Of a stretch of 64,000 bases of DNA, positions 53,868 through 64,000 are shown in pieces; within the stretch, counting starts at the first letter, position 1, and every line of letters starts with the position of its first letter. Source of the DNA: Octopus vulgaris (Eukaryota); assembly GCA_951406725.2 (NCBI GenBank), contig OX597816.1, positions 105,958,001-106,022,000 on the forward strand, written 5' to 3'. Below the pieces are notes generated by a model that was given only the letters and a program-made list of their open reading frames with translations, had not been told where the DNA came from and did no database searches. The translations under genes and the position numbers were made by a program.

Positions 53868-54330
53868 GTGTGTTCCAATCAATCATGTAAAACAGTTGGT
53901 TATCCTCTAGCATAAACAGGCTTGTACAGAAAACACAAAGGAAACAATAATCAATCAATAAAATTTATTAATCAATGTATCAAATACACTTTGTTCCATT
54001 TCAAAATTAGAAATCAATTCTCATAAGATGAGAGATACTGTACAACTCCAGCTCAAAAGCAACTTAGTTTGTGATAATCAGATATGTGAAAGAACAGAAT
54101 GGAAAAAATATGTACACCCTACATATGTTTCAAAACTTTTTGGAATTCATAATGTGAAACATTAAAACCATTTCATCGTTATAATGTACACTTTATCATT
54201 GGGTACATAACAAGAAATATGCACCAGTGATGAGGTATAACTCTGAAATGGTTTTAATGTTTCATGATATGGATTCCACACACTTTTGAAACATGCACAG
54301 TGTATATCTACTTCTTCTATTCCTTTCATT
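53868..54330. mobile_element. Old Penelope-like pLTR remnant with head-to-head inversion and decayed hammerhead layout
   Basis: 54110-54209 and 54218-54307 are inverted homologues sharing TGAAATGGTTTTAATGTTTCA...TTTTGAAACAT. The minus copy retains GAAAC-ATAT-GTA-GGGTG. Microsatellites flank both sides. Confidence 0.55.
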
Positions 54331-54374
54331 GATGTACACACAAACACACACACACACATTTATATAAATACAAA

Positions 54375-56430
54375 TTGTGATGTCACAGGAGAGAAATGTA
54401 TCCAAATGAATGGTGGTGCACTTGCTTTTAATGACTCTAAAAAGAAAGAGGCTTGGAGAAGCCATTATGAAAGACTGCTGAATGTGGAAAATGAATGGGA
54501 AGAGGAAAGCCTGCCTAATGTTGACCCAGTAGAAGGACCAGCTATCCATATAGACAGCTCCCTAGTAGTTAAAGCAATTAAGGGTATGAAGCCAGGAAAA
54601 GCTCCCGGCCCATCAGGAATCACTGTTGAGATGCTTAAGACATCTGGTGGTGTAGGCTATGGCCTAGTCACTCGCATTGTAAACCAGGTAGTTCATGATG
54701 GAGTCATATCCAACAACTAGCGCAGCGGCACCATAGTCAACTGCTACAAGGGTAAAGGTGATGCTGTAGATAGAAATAACTACAGGGGTATCAAACTGCT
54801 GGATCAGGTAATGAAGGTCACGGAGAGGGTCATAGCCCATCTCATCAGGGAGAGAGTCTGCTAAGATGAGATGCAGTTTGGTTTTGTACTGGGTAGAAGC
54901 ACCACTGATGCCATATTCCTGGTTCGACAACTGCAGGAGAAATACCTAGCCAAAGATAAACCCCTATACTTAGCTTTCGTGGACTTGGAGAAAGCCTTTG
55001 ACAGGGTCCCCCAATCCCTTATCTGGTGGGCAATGCGGAAACTGGAGATTGACAAATGGTTAATAAGGTCTGTACAGGCCCTTTACAGAGAGGCTGTTAA
55101 TAAGGTTAGGATTGGCAATGAGTACAGTGAAGAATTTCAGGTAGAAGTTGGCGTCCACCAAGGCTTAGCCCTCAGTCCCCTTTTATGCATCATAGTCCTC
55201 CAGGCAATAACAGAGGAATTCAAGATGGGCTGCCCCTGGGAGCTCCTCTATGCTGATGATCTAGCCCTCATAGCTGAATCACTACTGGAACTAGAGAAGA
55301 AATGCCATTTGTGGAAGCTAGGTTTAGAATCAAAAGCCTTAGAGTCAATGCAGCAAAGACCAAAGTTCTATTAAGTAGGAAGGCAAACTCACCACACACC
55401 ATCTTAGGTAGGTAGCCCTGCTCGATCCGTAGAAAAGGTGTAGGTAGAAACTCCATGAGATATACCCAGTGTAAGCTATGGACACATAAGAGGAGCAGCA
55501 ACATCAAAGGAAAATTAACCGAGAAGATAGCTTTCATATGCGGCAGATGCACAGAGGCAATAGACACCACTGACACTCTGAAAACAGATTCCAGTACACT
55601 CTAGGAGAAGAAACTAGTAGTTGATAGTTTCTGCTACCTAGGTGACCAAGTTAGTAGTGGGGTGGATGCACAGAGAGTGTTACCACTAGAATAAGAATAG
55701 CCTGGGCAAAGTTTTGAAAGCTTCTTCCCCTACTGGTGACAAAGGGCTTCTTGCTCAGAGTGAAATGTAGGTTGTACGACGCATGTGTTCAAACTGCCAA
55801 GCTTCACGACAGTGAAACATGGGCCGTGACTGCAGAGGACATGCATAGGCTCAAAAGAAATGAAGCTAGCATGATCCACTGGATGTGTAATGTCAGTGTC
55901 CATGCACAACAGAGTGTAAGCGCCCTGAGAGAAATGTTGGACATAAGAAGCATCGGATGCAACATGCAGGAGAGACATTTGCATTGGTATGGTCATGTAC
56001 TATGGATGGATGAGGAGAGATGTGTGAAGATGTGCCACTCACAAACTGTTGAAAGAATCTGGGGTAGAGGTAGACCCAGGAAGACATGGGATGAGGTGGT
56101 CAAGCATGACCTTCATACATTGGGCCTCACAGAGGCTATGACGAGACCTCTGAGACATGCTGTGACTGTGAAGACCCGATAAATGAAGTGAGTTCATGGC
56201 CCGCAGGACAGCCTGCTATGCTAACCTTGGATCATAGAGTGACCCGCTGTTCTTGAGGAGCCCTATTGAGTCAAGTACGTCAACACCAACATCAAAATAA
56301 AAATCAAATGGAAATTGTAGTTAAGATTCCCATGCCGGTGACACGTAAAAAGCACCATCCGAATGTGGCTGATGCCAGCACCACCTGGCTGGCGTGCATG
56401 TTGGTGACACATGAAAAGCACCAACCGATC
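54375..56430 (+). mobile_element. RTE-clade LINE, 5'-truncated (RT, Cys-rich insert, C-terminus, partial 3' UTR)
   Basis: KAPGPSG, QFGF..GRSTTDAIF, FVDLEKAFDRVP, GVHQG..LSPLL, ELLYADDL and GRGRPRKTW motifs, with scattered stops and frameshifts. Confidence 0.95.
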
Positions 56431-58145
56431 ATGCCCTTTCTAATGCCAACCACTCTGAAAGTGTAATGGATGCTTTTACATAACACCAGCATGGATCCCA
56501 TTTGCATGACACCAGGGTGTGTTTACATTCCACCAGCATGGATGCCAATTTGCATGACACCAGTATCTGCCACAACTGTGATTTTGCTCAGCTTGATGCC
56601 AAAGGTCTTGGTCACTGCCTCTGTGAGGCCCAACACTCAAATGAAACTCAGCCACTTTGCTTCCATCAGGCCCAACATTCAAAACATTCTTTATGTGCCA
56701 CCAGCATGGGTGCACTTAGCTTGACAGGTCCTCTCAAGCAGAGCACATCGCCAAAAATAACAGTCACTAGTCATTGCCTCAGTGAGGCTCAAAGTTCAAA
56801 GAGCATGCTTCACAACCTCGTCCCATGTCTTCTTGGGTCTACCTCTACCACAGGTTCCCTCCACAGTTAGAGATTAGCACATCTTTAAACAGCTGTCCTC
56901 ACCCATACTCATCACATGACCATACCAGTACAGCTGTCTCTCTTGCACATCACATCTGATTCCTCTTATGCCCAACTTTTCTCTCAAGATGCTTACACTC
57001 TGTTGACATTGCATACCCAGCGAAGCATACCAGCTTCATTTCTTTCAAGCCTACACATGTCCTTGGCTGTCACAGCCCATGTTTCACTACCATGTAGCAT
57101 AGCTGTTCGCACACAGTCATCAAACAATATGCCTTTCACTCTGAGAGATAAGCCCTTTGCTGCCATCAGTGGTAGGAGCTCTCTGAACTTTACCCAGCCT
57201 GATATTATTCTCACAGCTACGCTCTTGGAGCATCCAACTTCGCTACTAACTTGGTCACCTAGATAACGGAAGCTATCTGCTACCTCTAGCTTGTCAACCT
57301 GGCAGTTGATGGAATCTATTTTCTGTGCATTTCGATTCTAGACCTTGCTTCCATACCTGGAACTTCTCTAGTTCAGGTAGTGATTCAGCTATAAGAGCAA
57401 GGTCATCAGTAAAGAGGAGCTCTCACGGGCAGCCTGTCTTGAATTCCTCTGTTATTTCCTGGAGGACTAAGAGGAACAAGAAGGGGCTGAGTACCGATCC
57501 TTGGTGAACTACTTGTACCCTGAGTTCTTTGCTGTACTCATTGCCCACCATCACCTTACTGGTAGCATCCCTGTACAAGGGTTGTACAGCTATCACCAAC
57601 CACTCATCTATCCCTAGTTTCCACATTGACCATCAGATAAGGGATCAAGGGACTCTGTCAAAAGCTTTCTCCAAGTCAACAAATGCTAAGTATAGAGGGT
57701 TTAACTTTGGCTAGGTATTTCTCTTGCAGTTGCCTTACCAGAAATATAGCATCAATGGTGCTTCAACCTGGCACAAAACCAAACTGCATCTCATCTAGAT
57801 TAACTCTCTCTCTAATTAGTTGGGCTATGACTCTCTCCATAACTTTCATCACCTGACCCAACAATTTGATACCTCTGTAATTATTTCTATTTAAGGCATC
57901 CCCTTTACCTTTGTAGCAGTTGACTATAGTGCTGCTACGCCAGTCATTGGGTATGAATCCGTTATGAATGACCTGATTTACAATACGGATGATTAGACCA
58001 TAACTTACACCTCCAGATATTTTAAGCATCTCAGTGGTGATTCTTGATGGGCCAGGGGCTTTCCCTGTCTTCATATCCTTAATTGCTTTATCTACTAGAG
58101 TACTGTCACGATTTGGGTAGCTGGTCCCCAATTGGGTCAACATTT
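56431..58145 (-). mobile_element. RTE-clade LINE fragment, convergent with the previous copy
   Basis: Minus-strand ORFs read KAPGPS...NYRGIKLL...QFGFVPG, HQGSVLSPFLF, MLHGSETW and GRGRPKKTWDEVV. The 3' UTR carries the family D core at 56431-56490. Confidence 0.95.
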
Positions 58146-58167
58146 GATATATATATATTTATAAGTG

Positions 58168-58215
<48 letters not shown>

Positions 58216-58224
58216 AGTGTATGA

Positions 58225-58264
<40 letters not shown>

Positions 58265-58320
58265 GAAAGAATAAATTGAGTCAAAAGGAAGAGGGAGTAT
58301 GATTCGACAGGTGTTTAATG

Positions 58321-58432
58321 ACCACTACACATGTTTCGATACAACATAGATCCACATATATACACGATTTAAATTTAAATTAAGTAACAGTTTACCTGTA
58401 TAATAAAACCTAGTTATATCTCCTCAGGTGAT
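58321..58432 (-). ncRNA. Minimal type I hammerhead ribozyme
   Basis: AUCAC-CUGAGGA-[83-nt stem II closed by GAUAUAAC/GUUGUAUC]-GAAAC-AUGU-GUA^GUGGU. Stem I is AUCAC/GUGGU, and all core nucleotides are canonical. Confidence 0.75.
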
Positions 58433-58474
58433 ATATAATCGCTTTGATTTCAATGCAATCACATCCAACTATAT

Positions 58475-58586
58475 ATCACCTGAGGAGATACAAGTAGGTC
58501 CTATTATACAGGTAAACCTTTACTTAATTTAAATTTAAATCCTGTATATATGTGGATCTATGTTGTATTGAAACAAGTGTAGTGGT
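58475..58586 (+). ncRNA. Minimal type I hammerhead ribozyme (second copy)
   Basis: AUCAC-CUGAGGA-GAUACAA...UUGUAUU-GAAAC-AAGU-GUA^GUGGU. Stem II closes on a G-U pair. Confidence 0.62.
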
Positions 58587-58950
58587 CATTAAACAGCTGT
58601 CGAATCATACTCCCTCTTCCTTTTGACTCTATTTATTCTTTCCTTTATATTTTTCACACACAAGAAATGCCTAAGCCTAGAATTGGTAGTATACCATAAT
58701 ACTGTTAACTATCTGATAATTCTAAGGGTGAATGAGATCTATTTTGTACTCTAATATGTTCTTAACGGAATATTTTTCAACTATTTATATATATATGTAT
58801 GTATGTATGTATGTATATACAAAATATGGGGGGTTAGCTCACAGGTGATCTAAACAACTACGTACGCTAGGTAAATGCTGTAATGGATTACTGGGGCTCA
58901 AGTTTATAGCCAAGATGGCAGTTATGGAGCCATTACAGATTTCCAATATA

Positions 58951-59202
58951 AAATAAATAAATGTGCCCTTTTAAAGCCTAGCCAGGCTCATGGGCCCGTT
59001 TTCTATGGTGTATGTGTTCCCAAACTGGACAGGACACCAGTCCATCACAGCGTTACTCAGTTTTGCCAGCTGAGTGGACTGGAGCAACGTGAAATGAAGT
59101 GTTTTGCTCAAGAACACAATGCATCGCCAGGTCCAGGAATCGAAACTACAACCTTACAATCATGATGCTGACACCCTAACCACTACGCCACGCGCCTCCA
59201 CT
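58951..59202 (-). mobile_element. tRNA-derived SINE family C, full length, with 14-bp TSD
   Basis: The minus strand reads GGAGGCGCGTGGCGTAGTGGTTAGGG...GTTTCGATTCC...TTGTGTTCTTGAGCAAAACAC. TSD AGATTTCCAATATA is at 58937-58950 and 59203-59216. Confidence 0.92.
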
Positions 59203-59539
59203 AGATTTCCAATATAGTGGATATATAATTGTTAAAGAGGACAACAAATGTTAAAGCAAGGCAAACATCTCAAGTCATATACATTATTATTATTGGAAAA
59301 AAGATTTGAAGTCTTACAGCTGTCTCTGGGATATCTCAGAGTATGGGATATTCCATTATTGGAGACACATAGGGAAAATGAGAAGGGTATAGATTAATGA
59401 AATAACCACATAGAGGACAGAAGTAAAGGAATAAGGAGATGAAGAAAGAGGAAAAAAAGGAACCATAAAAGTTCACAGTCCATCTTTCCAATCTTGTAGA
59501 AATAAGTCCTTAAGTCCAATCCTGCGTAAACCCATGTAG

Positions 59540-60620
59540 GTTAAAGTTTTGATAGTGTAAGTATCCTGCATGTACACATGTGTAATGTAGCATGAGTGTT
59601 TTCCTGTCTTAACAGTCACTTTGTGACTATTGCATGGTATTAAGATAAGGAAACTTGCTGAAGGAGATGCAGTCAGCAAGGTGAGAGTTAATGAGTATAG
59701 CAATGAATTCAACATGAAGGTAGGAGCAAATCAAGGCTCAGTCCTCACTCTCTTCACTTCATTATAGCCCACTAAGTTATAACAGAGAAATTTAAAACCA
59801 CCAATGGGAACTCCTCTACACAGATGGCCTAGTTTTTAAAGCTGAATTGGTAGAAGACTTAGAAAAGATATGCCAGACATGGAAACAAAACTCAGAATAG
59901 AGAAGCTTCAAAGAACTCTTAGTAAAGGTAAAAGTATTAGAAGATAGGATTCTAATATCATCATGGAAATGGCCATACACTGTACCTAATGTGAATTATG
60001 GAACATGCAAAAAGTGTAGGTGCAAATAGGGCAATATGTATTAAGAGCACATGTAAAATAGACACTATGTAGTGAACAGACAGTTCGCTAGAAATATTTG
60101 ACAGCTTTTATTAACTAGGGTACCTAATTACCATAGTATCTCAGAGTAAGAATTGGCTGGAAAAAGTTCAGGGAGCTATTGTGTTTGCCAGTAACAAAGG
60201 ATCTTTCCTTAGTGTGAAGGGCAGACTCTCTGATGCATATGTACAAAGTACAATGCTGGTTGATATTATGAAGTGGGCCGTTAACACAGAGAATTTGCAG
60301 AAACTAGAAAGAAATGGTGCAAGCATGCTCAGCAAAATGTGTAATATTGGTATACATAAATACAAGGGGCACAAACGGGCTGAGAGAAAAACTAAACAAA
60401 TAAAGAATCAGATGAAATGAGCAAGAGAGAAGACTGCATTAGTATAGGCATGTGATGCATATGGAGGAGGACAGCTGTGTAAAGCAGTGTCACATGCTTA
60501 AAGTGAACGGAACCTATAGATGAAAGACACTGAGGAAACTTCGGGCAAAGTAGCGAAGTAAAATCTGAAGTTGCTGCACCTCATGGAAGAAATAATAATA
60601 AAAGACCGCATTGATGGTAA
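59540..60620 (+). mobile_element. Old, heavily decayed RTE fragment
   Basis: KVRVNE...QGSVL...WELLY.D and LSVKGRL.DAYV.S.ML...LERNGASML...ERRL motifs. Confidence 0.75.
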
Positions 60621-60681
60621 AACATATATTAAAATTTGTATATATGTATGAACATAAATATATGTGTGTGTGAGTATATAA

Positions 60682-60735
<54 letters not shown>

Positions 60736-61704
60736 ATATATGTATGCATGTGTGTGTCTAATGTGTTTGTATATCTTTTGGTATATACATGTATGAACAT
60801 ATATGCTTGCAGATATGTATATGCATGCATATGTGTATAGGTGTGAAAAAGTGAATGTTAAAACGATGACTATATATACATACATACACACACACAAACA
60901 TATATACACACACACCGTCAGAGCTACATTATTGCCCACTTTGATAGCTTCTCATCCCTCTAATATTCCTATCGGTCAACCCTCTTAACACACATCCTTC
61001 TCATCACTCACCAGCCTATCATCCATGCGACTGTCTCTGTTACCCTTGCCTTTACCAATCCTGTCTCTAGCAATGCACACACTATTGCTCATCTCTTGAT
61101 CACTCCTTCCTCTTCTCACGCCCTCTAGACTATGACGTTGGTGTGACAAAGGATAGTAGTGGACATCTTTGGTTCACTGCACATTGCTTCCAGTGTAACT
61201 AGGATAAAATTGCAACTATCTGACCCATTCACCAATGCTACACACTTCCAACCTTACACTTATCATGCTAGCTTTCTCCCCACCTTCAGGTATAAGATTA
61301 AGGGTCTTCATCAGATGTTCATTTAGCCCATACACTTTATCTATGCTTAACCCTTGGTATTAAAATCTGACACTCAGATTCATTGGCTGAACCCTTGTTG
61401 TCTATCTCTTTCTCACAATAAAATACACCCAGGACACTCTGTCAAGTGCAGTGTTGGAAGTACTCTTCAGCTTTGTCTAAGATATAATAATCTCCCTAGT
61501 ACTGATGCTATCAAAAACTGTACCTAATACACTCGGTGGAGGAGTTCATGTTAGGAAAAGTACCCTGCCACAGAAACCATCAACAATTAGTAATCTGATG
61601 ACCCATCCAGGAAAGTTGTGACAACCTGGCTAACCCAAACCCACATGGAAACCGAGAATACACAAACGCACATGTACATAAAAATATATACATACATACA
61701 TTAT

Positions 61705-61852
61705 TGGCGTTAGGAAGGGCATCCAGCCGTAGAAACACTGCCAGATTTGACTGGGCCTGATGAAGCCTTCTGGCTTCACAGACCCCAGCAGAACCGTCCA
61801 ACCCATGCTAGCATGGAAAACGGACGCTAAATGATGATGATGATGATGATGA
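61705..61852 (+). mobile_element. Family D young copy
   Basis: TTGGCGTTAGGAAGGGCATCCAGCCGTAGAAAC...CCGTCCAACCCATGCTAGCATGGAAAACGGACGCTAAA(TGA)n. Confidence 0.85.
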
Positions 61853-61890
61853 TACACATATATATATATGCAAATATATACACACACATG

Positions 61891-61957
<67 letters not shown>

Positions 61958-62379
61958 ATATATCTAACAGGAGAACTAAAAGGCATATCATTTATGTCTA
62001 TGCATCTGCACACAATTGTCCCTGACAAATCTCTCCCCGACAACTCATTTTCCTAACACGCTTTCCACCACGCACTGTATTCCTCTCTCTCTATCTCCCA
62101 CTGTCCATCTGCAATCTTGCAATCTTACACTCTGACTCACCCTGTCCAATCCTCTGCACCACTCCTATTTACATTCATCTCCTTGTACCTTGAGGGTAAA
62201 CTCTGACATATCTTCACCACTATCTTCTCTCTACACTTCTTTCTTTTTTCCAACTGGGGTGGACATGTATTTCCACTACAGCAAAATGCCTTTTTCAGTT
62301 CCTCTATCATACCTCTCATCAACTGGCACAAAGCTAACTCCCTAAATTCTACTCTCCCTCACAGCTGCAGGGTCATGCC

Positions 62380-62597
62380 TTGTAAGTTACTTGGTGACCA
62401 TGCTAGTGCTGGTGCCACATAAAAAGCATGCAGCACACTCTGTAAAATGGTTGGTGTTAGGAAGGGCATCCAGCTGTATAAACCAAGCCAAAGCCAATAG
62501 TAGAGCTTGGCACAGTCCTCTGACTCATCAGCTCATGTCAAACTGTCCAACCCATGCCACTATGGAAAATAGATATTAAATGATGACAACGATGACG
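62380..62597 (+). mobile_element. Family D copy with CT-rich upstream region
   Basis: Collinear with 4478-4692. Confidence 0.8.
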
Positions 62598-62652
62598 TGT
62601 ATATACTGCTACATGTGTGTGTGTATGTGTGTGTATGCACATATATGCATGC

Positions 62653-62711
<59 letters not shown>

Positions 62712-62724
62712 TGTATACATATAT

Positions 62725-63115
62725 ATTTACTTGTTTCAGTCATTTAGCTGTGGCCATACTGGAGCTACGCCTTGGAGGATTTTAGCCAAGTAAATAGATC
62801 ACAGGGCTTATTTCTTAAGCCTAGTACTTATGTTATCGGTCTCTTTTCTTGAACTGCTAAGTTATGGGGACATAATCACACCAACTCTGGTTGCCAAGCA
62901 GTGATGGGGGGGGGACAAAGACACACATACATACACAAACACACACACATATATACACAACGGACTTCTTTCAGTTTCTATTTACCAAATCCAATCACAA
63001 GGCTTTGGTCTGCCTAAGGCTATAACAGAAGACACTTGTCTAAGGTGCCATGCAATAGAACTGAACCCAGAACCATGTTGGTGGGAAGCAAGCTTCTTAG
63101 ACAGCCAGGCCAGTA
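62725..63115 (-). mobile_element. SINE family A, near full length
   Basis: Reverse-complement homologue of 6184-6630. Confidence 0.88.
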
Positions 63116-63119
63116 CCTA

Positions 63120-64000
<881 letters not shown>

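Larger units (their letters stand above)
58257..58785. mobile_element. Penelope-like pLTR pair in head-to-head orientation
   Basis: 181-bp arms at 58257-58437 and 58470-58650 (11 mismatches) with a 32-nt spacer. The right arm continues to ~58785. (TA)n lies on both flanks, and each arm contains a hammerhead motif. Confidence 0.75.

Noticed and set aside
61270-61315. Minus-strand CTGATGA...GAAA hammerhead-like motif
   Set aside because: Stems II and III do not pair convincingly.

Overview
This is AT-rich eukaryotic non-coding DNA (intron or intergenic). It is most likely from an octopus or other coleoid cephalopod, which I infer from the SINE families, the RTE, R4/Dong and Penelope content, and the dense (TA)n/(CA)n/(TACA)n microsatellites. 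I found no intact host exon, and most ORF-track entries are microsatellite artefacts. The window holds three tRNA-derived SINE families (several copies with clean 13-17 bp target-site duplications), an RTE LINE cluster at 52.5-62.6 kb, a young 5'-truncated CR1-type LINE, R4/Dong-like fragments, and mariner, Tc1 and piggyBac-like remnants. The main observations are: (1) a head-to-head 181-bp inverted repeat at 58257-58650 in which each arm carries a complete minimal type I hammerhead ribozyme of the Penelope-like kind with a long stem II, plus two decayed hammerhead layouts nearby; (2) many locally templated fold-backs and inverted duplications, often centred on or next to TA-rich microsatellites; and (3) a decayed RING-HC finger coding fragment at 8370-8540 on the minus strand. 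All calls were made by eye, with no database searches or folding computations.
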